From the NCBI GenBank assembly GCA_013203785.1, contig JABMPJ010000110.1, positions 3,344 to 67,343 of the forward strand: a stretch of 64,000 bases of DNA, in the 5' to 3' direction. The stretch is from Lentisphaerota bacterium. Its GTDB lineage: Bacteria; Verrucomicrobiota; Kiritimatiellia; UBA8416; JABMPJ01. This document shows positions 1 to 9,304 of this stretch, one piece after another; position 1 is the stretch's first letter; each line of letters starts with the position of its first letter. Made by a program: the position numbers and the translations under genes. Under the pieces are notes generated by a model that saw only the letters and a program-made list of their open reading frames with translations, made no database searches and was not told the origin of the DNA.

Positions 1-349
1 CGACTTTGAGCCCTCTGGCGCGGGCTGCTGTCACAAACTCATCCACGAGATCGCGGCCGCATACCGCCATCGAATTGAAATCCGACAGCTCAGTATCATA
101 CAGCCGGAATCCGTCATGATGCATCGTCGTCAGATTGACGTAGCGCATGCCGCCTGCCACAGCCAAGTCACAGATCCGTTCTGCATCGAACTGGTCAGGC
201 GAAAAACGCTCTGCCAGGGCGCGCATCTCGGCGGCACTCAGTCGCTCACGATTCATGACCCACTCGCCGCGCGCCAGCATGCTGTAGAGCCCAAAATGCA
301 CAAACATCCCATAGCGGGCATTTACAAACCAAGAGTTATCCACATTCAT
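1..349 (-). CDS. Alpha-L-fucosidase (GH29 family), N-terminal part only; runs off the left edge; absent from the supplied ORF track
   Basis: Manual translation from ATG 349: MNVDNSWFVNARYGMFVHFGLYS...GMRYVNLTTMHHDGFRLYDT...GRDLVDEFVTAARARGLKV, containing the GH29 motifs (WF..A+YGMFvH.GlYS; TT.HHDGF.L). In-frame TAA lies 8 codons upstream; GTG 343 is an alternative start. Confidence 0.85.
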   Translation of the reverse strand, partial: MNVDNSWFVNARYGMFVHFGLYSMLARGEWVMNRERLSAAEMRALAERFSPDQFDAERICDLAVAGGMRYVNLTTMHHDGFRLYDTELSDFNSMAVCGRDLVDEFVTAARARGLKV

Positions 350-396
350 TCCTCTGTACCCCTTTGTAGGTTAATCTCAACACATCTCCCCCACCC

Positions 397-1513
397 CTAC
401 CCCTCCGCCGCCTGTTTCTTCAAATAGGCTTCGATAAAGGGTTGGAGTGCCCCATTCAATACTGCGTTTACGTTTGAAGTCTCTTCACTGGTACGGTGAT
501 CTTTGACCATAGTGTAGGGCTGTAGCACGTAGGAGCGGATCTGACTACCCCACGCGATTTCGCCCTTCTGACCATAGAACTTTTCCATGTCCTTGCGCTT
601 CTGATCGAGCGTCCACTCATACACCTTTGCCCGCAAGAGCTTCATGGCCTTGGCGCGATTCTTGTGCTGCGAGCGCTCGGCCTGGCAGGCCACCACAATC
701 CCAGTCGGTAGATGGGTCAGACGCACAGCCGAATCGGTTGTATTTACATGCTGGCCACCCGCTCCACTTGAACGGTAGGTATCGACACGCAGATCGTCAT
801 CCAAGATATCGACCTCGACATCGTCCGCCACCTCGGCCACGACATCAAGGGCCGCAAAACTGGTGTGACGCCGTTTCTGCGAATCAAAGGGGCTGATCCG
901 GACGAGGCGGTGTACCCCGCGTTCGGCCTTCATGTAGCCATAGGCAAAGTCCGCACTGATCAGGAGCGTAGCACTCTTGATGCCCGCTTCATCACCGGCA
1001 GACATCTCCATGACCTCCACACCAAAGCCACTATTTTCGCAGTAGTGCATATACATCCGTAGGAGCATGTCGGCCCAGTCGCACGACTCCGTGCCACCGG
1101 CGCCAGCATGCAACGTCAGGTAGGCATTGCTGCCATCCAGCTCACCGTTAAGCAGCGACTGCATCTCCAGCCGCTCAAAATCTTTTTCAGCCCCGTCCAA
1201 GCTCTCGCCCGCATCCCGCTCGGCCTGCGCACGTTGGACGGCATCCTCCTCAGCTTCGCCTAGCTCGATCAGCATTTCGGCATCTTCGAGTGCCGTGGCC
1301 ACGGCGTTGAACGGCTTGAGAACCGCGCGATAGCGGTTCGTCTCGGCAATGAGGGTGCGCGCCTTGTTGGTGTCGTCCCAGAAACCGGGTTCAGCGGCCA
1401 GGGCTTCCAACGTAGTCACTTTTTCGCTCAGTTCAGCGACGTCAAAGATACCCCCGCATCTCGTCCAAGCGGGAACGCAGCGATTCGAGACGTGGGGTCA
1501 TTTCATCCATCAT
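397..1513 (-). CDS. prfB: Peptide chain release factor 2 with programmed +1 frameshift
   Basis: GGQ motif (SSGAGGQHVN) and SPF motif (RISPFD). The first 23 codons (MMDEMTPRL...MRGYL, ATG 1513 overlapping the lnt stop as ATGA) end in CTT TGA C at 1447-1441; the +1 frame continues DVAELSEKVTTLE into ORF 397..1419. Confidence 0.97.
1441..1456 (-). promoter_or_regulatory. prfB +1 frameshift cassette: internal SD-like GGGGG plus slippery CTT TGA C
   Basis: Minus strand reads CGGGGG TAT CTT TGA C, matching the known RF2 autoregulatory site. Confidence 0.93.
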
Positions 1514-3231
1514 ATCGTGCTCTCTTTCCGGGATGCTCGCCATGCCATGAGACCCGCCACCAGGGCGATGACTGCAGCGGGTATGGCCAGGGGCCAATCC
1601 CCGTAGCGGGTGTAAAATGTTAGGGCCATGTTGTCCCGCGGGACGGCCACGGTCTCCGTTCGACAATCGATCTGCGCCCACTCCTTGCGCTTTAAAATTC
1701 CGAGCGAAGTCTCATCGATTTGTCCTGTGCTGTCAATGAAGCAGGTCATCCCCGTATTAGTGGCCCGCACGGCTGGCACCCGGTTCTCGACACAACGAAA
1801 GACACAATGACTCATATGCTGAACGGCGGCGGAGGAGCCGTCGAACCAGGCGTCGTTGGTCTGATTGATCAGCAGGCGGGCACCATTGCGCACCGCCTTG
1901 CGGGCCACGCCAGCGAAAGCGTCCTCAAAGCATATCAGACTGGAGAAGGAGACCCTCTGTCCCTGCGCATTGCTGACACGGAATACGGTCGCCGTCGTAC
2001 CAGCGCTGCAGCTAAAGCCCAGCGGCTCGAGGCGCCGCACCCAGGCCCAGTGCTTATCGAGGGGCAGATACTCGCCAAAGGGAACGAGATGCTGTTTGCG
2101 GTAGCAGGCCAGGAGCGCCCCGTCCCCACCATAGAGGAAGCTGCTGTTGTAGAGTATCCAGTCCGAGAGCTCGGGCTCAATCGAGACGTCGTTGACATCC
2201 TCTGACGCATCACGTGGGTAGCGCCCGCCGATTTCCATCGCGCCAACCAGAAGTGGTGTCGAGGTCTCGCGCGCCAGCTGCTGAATAAAGGTATCCACCT
2301 CCTGATCGTCCGGCAAAAAACCCGGGACGGCCGTCTCGGGCCACACCACGAGGTCGATCCCAGCCTGTAAGGTTCGAACGATGTCCATGCGCTTCTCCAG
2401 CGCCGCGTATATTTCCTGACCGAAACTCTCCGGCCATTTTTTGAGCTGAGGAATGTTGGGCTGAATCGCCACGACGCGCAACGGGTGGGTCGTGTTGCGC
2501 CGCTCCGCACGCACGGTGCGCACGCGCGTTACGCCGCCAGCCATTACCAACGACAGGATCAACAGCACCACCATCAGCTCAACCTGGACCCGTACCCGTC
2601 GCCCCCCCAGATAGACCCCTCCGACGCGCACCAATAGCAGGGCGATCCCCGTGTTGACGGCCGCTACCACCGCAGAAACGAGAGGAACACCGCCCCATTC
2701 AGCTAGCTGTAGTACCGGCAAGTTACGATATTGACTAATGCCCAGACCGTTCCAAGGGAAGCCGGTTCCGAGCACCCCGCGGATATACTCAAAACCAACC
2801 CACAGTATGGGCACAATAAGTATCATCGATAGCGTACGGAGAAAAGACGGCTCACCCTCACGGCCAGGCTGGTTTGTCACGGCACCAAACGCCCATGCTG
2901 TGGTTGCCGCAAAGGCACCACTGAACAGCCCCATACAGAGCGCCATGGCCAACCAGGCCATTCCGGCCAGGAAAAAGGGGCAGCCCGTGCGGCCCAACCG
3001 CCACAGAAAGAAGAGCGTGATCAGCCAGAAGAGGATGCCGCTAAACCAGCCCCAGCAGAATGCCTGACGAGGTGTTGAAGCCCGTGCCAAAAGGATCAGG
3101 GGAACCAGCGCCAACCAGGCCGCCGTGGCCTCTCCCAGCGGAGGAAAAGCCGTCGCCAGCAAGACCCCCGAGCATATCGCCCCTGCCGCCCGCAAGCTGC
3201 GCGTTGTCAGAAATGGAAATGGGTTTTTCAC
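1510..3231 (-). CDS. lnt: Apolipoprotein N-acyltransferase
   Basis: N-terminal TM helices, GFPWNGLG motif, and nitrilase triad motifs WPE, YRKQHLVPFGE and ICFE. Confidence 0.95.
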   Translation of the reverse strand: MKNPFPFLTTRSLRAAGAICSGVLLATAFPPLGEATAAWLALVPLILLARASTPRQAFCWGWFSGILFWLITLFFLWRLGRTGCPFFLAGMAWLAMALCMGLFSGAFAATTAWAFGAVTNQPGREGEPSFLRTLSMILIVPILWVGFEYIRGVLGTGFPWNGLGISQYRNLPVLQLAEWGGVPLVSAVVAAVNTGIALLLVRVGGVYLGGRRVRVQVELMVVLLILSLVMAGGVTRVRTVRAERRNTTHPLRVVAIQPNIPQLKKWPESFGQEIYAALEKRMDIVRTLQAGIDLVVWPETAVPGFLPDDQEVDTFIQQLARETSTPLLVGAMEIGGRYPRDASEDVNDVSIEPELSDWILYNSSFLYGGDGALLACYRKQHLVPFGEYLPLDKHWAWVRRLEPLGFSCSAGTTATVFRVSNAQGQRVSFSSLICFEDAFAGVARKAVRNGARLLINQTNDAWFDGSSAAVQHMSHCVFRCVENRVPAVRATNTGMTCFIDSTGQIDETSLGILKRKEWAQIDCRTETVAVPRDNMALTFYTRYGDWPLAIPAAVIALVAGLMAWRASRKESTI

Positions 3232-3255
3232 AGCTCCCCTGGTTGGGTGTGAAGC

Positions 3256-3317
3256 CCCTTATGTAGCGTTGGCCGTCCCCGGCCAATGGTTGGCCGAGAC
3301 GGCCAACGCTACAAGGG
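3256..3317. repeat. REPIN-like element: two inverted GTAG-type REP units
   Basis: GTAGCGTTGGCCG-TCCC-CGGCCAA (3263-3286) and its inverted partner GTAGCGTTGGCCG-TCT-CGGCCAA (3312-3290) separated by TGG; the outer 16 bp form a perfect inverted repeat. Confidence 0.75.
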
Positions 3318-3367
3318 ACATGGAGTCTCGTTCATTCGACAATCACCACTCACCATGGCACACGGCT

Positions 3368-6300
3368 TCACTCTCCATGGCATTTTTTGAATTTCTTGCC
3401 ACTGCCACAGGGACAGGGGTCGTTGCGACCGACCTTGTCGTCGTCACGTTGCATGGTGGGGCGCGTGCCCGTCGGCGCGACAGGGGGCAAACCAGAGACC
3501 GTGCCCGGTGACATGCGGGGCGGCGGCATCCCACCACGAGGAGCCCCAGGCTGCGAAGGTCCACCGCCCAACAGAGACACCTCGTCGTGCACGAGGGTCT
3601 GAGGGAGGGCCGACAGGAAGGACTCAAAGGAATCGGCCGACGTGGTGGTACGGAAGGCGGCCGAGGCGATGTCCTGCTTAATCGTGGTCATGAGCTGACC
3701 AAACATCTCAAAGGCCTCGCGCTTGTACTCCACCAACGGGTCACGCTGCCCATAGGCGCGCAGGCCCACACCCTGGCGCAAGGCGTCCATCGAGCGCAGG
3801 TAATCCTGCCACTGCGAATCAATGCTCTGCAGAATGATATGCCGCTCCATGACACCGACGGCACCCGGATCCTCCATCTGAAGCTTCAGTTCGTAGGCCC
3901 GCTCGACCTTGCCGTAGACCCGCTTGGCGATCTCCTCAGAATCAGACGCCTCACTCAAATCCGATGGACGAATCGCGATCGGAAATGTCAATTGGACCCA
4001 TTCAACGAAACGGCGCAGCGACTCCTCGTCTGGATCCGATGGCAGCCCTTCGGACTCCTCCATAATGACGTCGTGAAGAATGTCGTAGAGCTGCTCGCGC
4101 ACCGCCTCGGCACGCACAATATCACCGCGAAAACCGTATATGACCTCACGCTGACGATTCATGACGTCGTCATACTCAAGCGTGCGCTTGCGGATCGAGA
4201 AGTTGTGCTGCTCGACGCGACGCTGGGCGGTCTCGATCGACCGGTTCAGCCAGCGGTGCTCCAGCTCCTGGCCTTCCTCCAGCCCGAGCCGCTCCATGAT
4301 GCCGGCAATGCGGTCCGATCCGAAGAGCCGCATCAGATCGTCCTCCAGTGAGACGTAGAAGCGGGATGACCCCGGATCGCCCTGACGGGCACAGCGTCCG
4401 CGCAGCTGACGGTCAATGCGGCGCGACTCATGCCGTTCGGACGCAATCACGTGCAGGCCAGAGGGGTTCTCCTCCAGTTCAGCGCGCAACGTCTTGCCGC
4501 TCTCAAGACGCTCGTCGAGACCCAATTGCGATTCGATGATGGCGCGGTCGATCTTAACCACCCCCGCGCCCAACTTGATGTCTGTCCCTCGTCCGGCCAT
4601 GTTGGTCGCAATCGTTACGGCCCCGGGCTGTCCCGCCCGCGTCACGATTTCGGCTTCGGCTTCATGGTTCTTTGCGTTCAACACGTTGTGCACGATGCTC
4701 GCTCGCTTGAGCATGCGACTGAGGAGTTCGGATGTATCGACCGTGACGGTGCCCACCAGAACCGGCTGACCCCGATCGTGGCACGCACGGATCTCGTTAA
4801 TGACCGCGGCATACTTCTCGCGCTGCGACTTGTAGACATGGTCGTTTGCATCGACCCGCCTTACGGGACGGTTGGTTGGAATGACGATCGTGTCCAAGTT
4901 GTAGATATCGTGGAACTCGGCCGCTTCGGTTTCCGCCGTACCGGTCATACCGGCCAACTTATCATACATGCGGAAGTAGTTCTGAATCGTGATCGTGGCC
5001 AGGGTTTGCGTCTCGCGCTCAATTTTGACGCCTTCTTTGGCCTCCACCGCTTGGTGCAGACCATCGCTCCAGCGACGGCCAGGCAGGATGCGGCCCGTGA
5101 ACTCGTCCACGATCATGACGTGGTTGTCCTGCACCACGTAGCCGACATCCTTTTCGTAGAGACAGTAGGCCCGAATGAGCTGGTCCACGTTGTGGATCTT
5201 CTCACTGCGATCCGAGTAGGTCTGTTGGACCTCCTGCCGTAGGCGGGTCTTTTCCTGCTCCGAGACATCGTCACCCATACCATCCAACTCCGACATGGCT
5301 GAGATAATGTCGGGCAGCACATAGGCTTCAGGATCAGTCGGGTTGAGTTCTTCGCATCCCTTCTCGGTCAGGCTGGCGTCATGGCCGCGCTCGTCGATCG
5401 TGAAATAGAGCTCCTCGCGAAGCTCACGGGCCTGCTCCTTGCGCATATCGGTCAACATCATGTTTTCGACCTGCTCATGGAGCTTGCGAATGGCCGGATC
5501 CTCCAGCATGTGCATCAACTGCTTATGCTTGGGCATGCCGTGGTAGATCTGATAAAGCAGGAATTGCGCGGCCTCTTTTTCATCGGCAGCCAGGTGCTTG
5601 CGTAACTCCTGAACCATGGCGTTGCAATGCGATCGCTGTTTGCGTACCAGCTGCTCAACGCGCGGCTTTAATTCAAAATACTGGTTAGAGGAATACTGAG
5701 CGGGGCCCGAGATAATCAGGGGGGTGCGTGCCTCATCGATCAGAATGCTGTCGACCTCGTCGATGATCGCATAGAAATGACCACGCTGTACTTGGTGCTG
5801 AGGCTCAAAAGCCATCCCGTTGTCCCGTAGGTAATCAAAACCGAACTCGCTGTTCGTGCCATAGGTGATGTCCTTGGCGTACTCTTCACGCCGCTCATCG
5901 GGCGACATCTGATTCTGAATGCAGCCCACGGTCAGGCCGAGGTATTGCAGGAGCACCCCCATCCACTGCGAATCGCGGCGGGCTAGATAGTCGTTGACCG
6001 TCACGAGGTGAACGCTCTGGCCTGTCAGCGCGTTGAGATAGAGCGGCATCGTCGCGACAAGCGTCTTGCCTTCACCCGTCGCCATTTCGGCGATCTGGGA
6101 GCGATGCAGCACGATGCCTCCGATGAGCTGCACATCAAAGGGCACCATGTCCCAAGACAGTTCATGACCCGAGACCATTTCGGAGGTGCCCACCAATCGA
6201 CGGCAGGCATTCTTCACCACAGCGAAGGCCTCGCACATGATGTCATCCAGCGCCTCTCCGCCGGTCAGCCGCCCCCTGAATTCGTCGGTCTTGCCTTTCA

Positions 6301-6424
6301 GCTCAGACTCAGAAAGCGCCTTGTACTCCTCATCGAGTTCGTTGATACGGGCGACCAGCGGTGCCAGCTTTTTGATGTCGCGCTGGTGCTTGGTGCCAAA
6401 AATCTTCTGAAGCTTGGAAAGCAT
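3368..6424 (-). CDS. secA: Preprotein translocase ATPase SecA
   Basis: EMATGEGKT, IIDEVDS, TNMAGRGTDI, QLRGRCARQGDPG, and C-terminal SEC-C motif GRNDPCPCGSGKKFKKCHG. Confidence 0.99.
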   Translation of the reverse strand: MLSKLQKIFGTKHQRDIKKLAPLVARINELDEEYKALSESELKGKTDEFRGRLTGGEALDDIMCEAFAVVKNACRRLVGTSEMVSGHELSWDMVPFDVQLIGGIVLHRSQIAEMATGEGKTLVATMPLYLNALTGQSVHLVTVNDYLARRDSQWMGVLLQYLGLTVGCIQNQMSPDERREEYAKDITYGTNSEFGFDYLRDNGMAFEPQHQVQRGHFYAIIDEVDSILIDEARTPLIISGPAQYSSNQYFELKPRVEQLVRKQRSHCNAMVQELRKHLAADEKEAAQFLLYQIYHGMPKHKQLMHMLEDPAIRKLHEQVENMMLTDMRKEQARELREELYFTIDERGHDASLTEKGCEELNPTDPEAYVLPDIISAMSELDGMGDDVSEQEKTRLRQEVQQTYSDRSEKIHNVDQLIRAYCLYEKDVGYVVQDNHVMIVDEFTGRILPGRRWSDGLHQAVEAKEGVKIERETQTLATITIQNYFRMYDKLAGMTGTAETEAAEFHDIYNLDTIVIPTNRPVRRVDANDHVYKSQREKYAAVINEIRACHDRGQPVLVGTVTVDTSELLSRMLKRASIVHNVLNAKNHEAEAEIVTRAGQPGAVTIATNMAGRGTDIKLGAGVVKIDRAIIESQLGLDERLESGKTLRAELEENPSGLHVIASERHESRRIDRQLRGRCARQGDPGSSRFYVSLEDDLMRLFGSDRIAGIMERLGLEEGQELEHRWLNRSIETAQRRVEQHNFSIRKRTLEYDDVMNRQREVIYGFRGDIVRAEAVREQLYDILHDVIMEESEGLPSDPDEESLRRFVEWVQLTFPIAIRPSDLSEASDSEEIAKRVYGKVERAYELKLQMEDPGAVGVMERHIILQSIDSQWQDYLRSMDALRQGVGLRAYGQRDPLVEYKREAFEMFGQLMTTIKQDIASAAFRTTTSADSFESFLSALPQTLVHDEVSLLGGGPSQPGAPRGGMPPPRMSPGTVSGLPPVAPTGTRPTMQRDDDKVGRNDPCPCGSGKKFKKCHGE

Positions 6425-6457
6425 GAATCCTCCGGTGCAAAATAATGACGCCGTATG

Positions 6458-7447
6458 CTAGGCCACTGGACCGGCCTTGGCGAGATAATACACCCCGTCC
6501 GCGCGGGTCTCAGCGTTAATCCGATCAGACGCCAAAAGCCCCTCTATGACTCTCTGCGCTGCATCGTCGCTGAGCCCAAACGACGCAGCTATGTCGGCCG
6601 CCGTGCAGGGCCGACGGGCCACCATATTCACGATGTCTCCGTCGGAGCCGGGCGACATCGCCGCGGTCGCACTCTCAAAGCGTGCGATGATCTCCGCACG
6701 GGGCTCAAACAGGTTGGCTAAGTCCGCCAGTGTGGCTTCGGTCACAGCCTGCGCGCCCCTGTGCGCTGGCGGTCTCACGACGGTGTTGAGCTGCACCCGG
6801 TTCGGCGCCATGCTCGCCGCCAGCGTGGCGATCCGCGCCACATCCGCAGGAGCATCATTGACGCCCGCCATAACGAAGACTTCCAACCATATCTGGCCAG
6901 CATACTCTGCGCGCAGGGTGCGCAGTCCCTCAACCATCTGGTCGAAGCGCAGAGCACAATGAGCCCGATTAACCCGCTCGAACGACGCCTGATCCCAGGC
7001 GCTGAGCGACACCTTCACAATGGATGCCCGCGCGGCATCGGCTCGTACCTCGGGAAGGTGCATGAGAGCGCTGTTGGTCAAGAGTGCTGTGGGGATGTTG
7101 CAGCGCGCCGCGATGCCCGCCAGGATAGTCCCACAGCCCGTGTGCAGGGTGGGTTCGCCCGATCCAGCCACCGTAATTATATCGGCGACACCACCGCGCG
7201 CCAACCAGGCATCCAGCTCTGCCAGCACTGCTTTCACCGGAACATAATCGCGGCGTGTAATGGTGTGGCAGGTCGTGGCACCGACCTCGCAAAAAGGGCA
7301 GTCAAACGGACAGGTTTTGACCGGCACCAAGTCGATACCCAGCGAGAGCCCCAGACGACGAGAGGGCACGGGTCCAAAAAGGTACCGGTACCCGCCCTCA
7401 GGTGTATGTGGTGAAGCGTCCACAACGGGACCGACGGGGCGATGCAC
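6458..7447 (-). CDS. Radical SAM Fe-S oxidoreductase (COG0731-like) with a C-terminal winged-helix-like extension
   Basis: FGPVPSRRLGLSLG followed by CPFDCPFC (CxxxCxxC) and the GSGEPTL motif. Confidence 0.85.
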   Translation of the reverse strand: MHRPVGPVVDASPHTPEGGYRYLFGPVPSRRLGLSLGIDLVPVKTCPFDCPFCEVGATTCHTITRRDYVPVKAVLAELDAWLARGGVADIITVAGSGEPTLHTGCGTILAGIAARCNIPTALLTNSALMHLPEVRADAARASIVKVSLSAWDQASFERVNRAHCALRFDQMVEGLRTLRAEYAGQIWLEVFVMAGVNDAPADVARIATLAASMAPNRVQLNTVVRPPAHRGAQAVTEATLADLANLFEPRAEIIARFESATAAMSPGSDGDIVNMVARRPCTAADIAASFGLSDDAAQRVIEGLLASDRINAETRADGVYYLAKAGPVA

Positions 7448-7621
7448 TCAGTCGCCAGCCGAAATGGCCTCGACCGGGCATTCATCGACGCACAGCGCGC
7501 AATCGACGCAGGTCTCAGGATCGATCATGTACTTCTCGTCGCCCTCAGAAATCGCTTCGGACGGACAGACCGGCTCGCAGCTGCCACACTTCGTGCATGA
7601 ATCAGAAATCACGTAGGCCAT
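7448..7621 (-). CDS. 2[4Fe-4S] ferredoxin, 57 aa (start corrected to ATG 7621)
   Basis: MAYVISDSCTKCGSCEPVCP...TCVDCALCVDECP: two CxxCxxCxxxCP motifs. Confidence 0.95.
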   Translation of the reverse strand: MAYVISDSCTKCGSCEPVCPSEAISEGDEKYMIDPETCVDCALCVDECPVEAISAGD

Positions 7622-7711
7622 GTTGACACTCCTATCAGATGTTGTGGTTGCCTCACGGCTTACCGTGAGAGCGGCTAAGATAGCCAAAAGCGCCCAAAGT
7701 CGTCAAGCCCT

Positions 7712-8443
7712 CTACTTACCGAGCGCGAGGCGGTCGGCCAGTCGATCCGGAAGACCGGCAGCAAGGATCTTGGCCTGGGTCGTGGCCAGGTCATAGGTCA
7801 GACGACGAAATTCTATCTCCTTGGTACCCGTATCATAGATCACGTAGGCGCAGCGAGGATCACCATCGCGTGGTTGGCCGACGCTGCCCACGTTGATGAA
7901 GTACTTGTGGCCAATCTCGACCTTGAGGGTTGTACACTCTCTTCGCACCACACGCCCAAGCTTATCAAAAACCACGGGCACATGCGTATGGCCGTAGAAG
8001 CAGACCGACGTGTGCTGGTAATTGAAATGTGATTCGGCCTCGAGCGTATCGAAGACGTACCCCCAGTGGTCCGGCATATCGAGCGTACTGTGTACGAGTG
8101 TGAACCCATCCAGAGTCTGATGCATCTTGAGATGACGCAGGTAGTCAATCTGATCCTGGCTTAGCTGCTCACGGGTCCAACTGATCACCTTGGCCGCGAG
8201 GGGATGAAAATCCTGCAACGACTCATCATGTGAACAGTAGTGATCATGGTTACCGCGAACGACGGCACAGTCGAGCTCGCGGACCTTGTCGAGGCACGCC
8301 GACGGGTCGGCATTATATCCCACTACATCACCCACGGAGACATAACGGGTGATGCCCTGCTCAGCCGCATCCGCAAGTACGGTGCTGAGGGCCTCCCAAT
8401 TTCCGTGTATATCACCCAAGACCGCATAGCGGGCTGACTTCAT
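7712..8443 (-). CDS. Calcineurin-like metallophosphoesterase
   Basis: DIHGN, GDVVGY, GNHD, GHTH and NVGSVGQPRDGD motifs. Confidence 0.92.
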   Translation of the reverse strand: MKSARYAVLGDIHGNWEALSTVLADAAEQGITRYVSVGDVVGYNADPSACLDKVRELDCAVVRGNHDHYCSHDESLQDFHPLAAKVISWTREQLSQDQIDYLRHLKMHQTLDGFTLVHSTLDMPDHWGYVFDTLEAESHFNYQHTSVCFYGHTHVPVVFDKLGRVVRRECTTLKVEIGHKYFINVGSVGQPRDGDPRCAYVIYDTGTKEIEFRRLTYDLATTQAKILAAGLPDRLADRLALGK

Positions 8444-9144
8444 GGGACGTAGTTCCGGTGCAGATTGAGCAAAGTGGTGGCCATGGCAAGGTCATCCGGC
8501 GTTGTGATCTTGATATTGGATGCGAATGATTGAACCAGCCGGACCTTCTGGGAGGTCAACTCAACGGCCGAAGCCTCGTCGGTGATCGTGGCCTTCTGCT
8601 CGGCGACCAATTCGAACGCCCGGTTTAGCAAGCTCAGTTTGAAGGTCTGTGGGGTCTGCGTCGCCCAAAGCTTGGAACGATCCACTGAACGTGTAATCGT
8701 GAGCCCCCGCTCAACATGTTTGACCGTATCCCAGATACGTACGGCCGCAACCCCCGAGCCGTAGCGCTTGGCTGACTGCACTGTTTGAGAGATCAACTCC
8801 GTGGTCACACAGGGACGCGAACCATCGTGTATCGCCACGATCTTGACACCCTCCGGCAGTGCCTCCATCGCATTCTGCACCGAGTTCTGACGCAGGAGAC
8901 CACCGGCCACCACACTCTTCACCTTGGCACACCCGAACATATCGGCAACACCTTGCGCGGCAGCCATACGCCCCTTGCGTGCCACGAGGATCACGCCGTC
9001 AATGTCGTTACACTCCTCAAATGCCATCAAGGAATAGGCCAGCACGGGCCGAGGCCCAAGACTGAGGAAGGCCTTGTCCACGTTCGGCCCCATCTGATCA
9101 CTTTTCCCTGCCGCCAGCACAATCGCATAGTTCATATCAGACAC
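8440..9144 (-). CDS. ispD: 2-C-methyl-D-erythritol 4-phosphate cytidylyltransferase
   Basis: LAAG...K, RQNSV, IHDGSRP, QTPQTF, TDEAS and NIKITTPDDL motifs. Confidence 0.9.
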   Translation of the reverse strand: MSDMNYAIVLAAGKSDQMGPNVDKAFLSLGPRPVLAYSLMAFEECNDIDGVILVARKGRMAAAQGVADMFGCAKVKSVVAGGLLRQNSVQNAMEALPEGVKIVAIHDGSRPCVTTELISQTVQSAKRYGSGVAAVRIWDTVKHVERGLTITRSVDRSKLWATQTPQTFKLSLLNRAFELVAEQKATITDEASAVELTSQKVRLVQSFASNIKITTPDDLAMATTLLNLHRNYVP

Positions 9145-9231
9145 ACTTCTTTCGTAAAACGCATGCTTACATTAGGTGCCCAAGCCCAAGCCCGTCAAGT
9201 GCTTTCGAGTGAATCGAGCCATGCGGGATGC

Positions 9232-9259
9232 TTGACATGCCGACACGATGCACTACGAT
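9232..9259 (+). promoter_or_regulatory. Putative sigma70 promoter of the M42 peptidase gene
   Basis: TTGACA-N16-TACGAT, 45 nt upstream of ATG 9305. Confidence 0.55.
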
Positions 9260-9304
9260 TCACGAACTGGATACTGCAAAAAATAGATTACAGAGGAAAA
9301 CCCC

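Noticed and set aside
116-427. Plus-strand 103-aa ORF
   Set aside because: It is the antisense shadow of the GH29 gene and prfB end, with no motif
1442-1681. Independent 79-aa gene
   Set aside because: Only its last 23 codons are real (the zero frame of prfB); the rest overlaps lnt
3587-5242. Long plus-strand ORFs 3587..4351 and 4430..5242; similarly 18721..19620, 25772..26716 and most other overlapping ORFs in the track
   Set aside because: They lie antisense or out of frame within well-supported genes, which is expected in GC-rich DNA, and show no recognisable motifs
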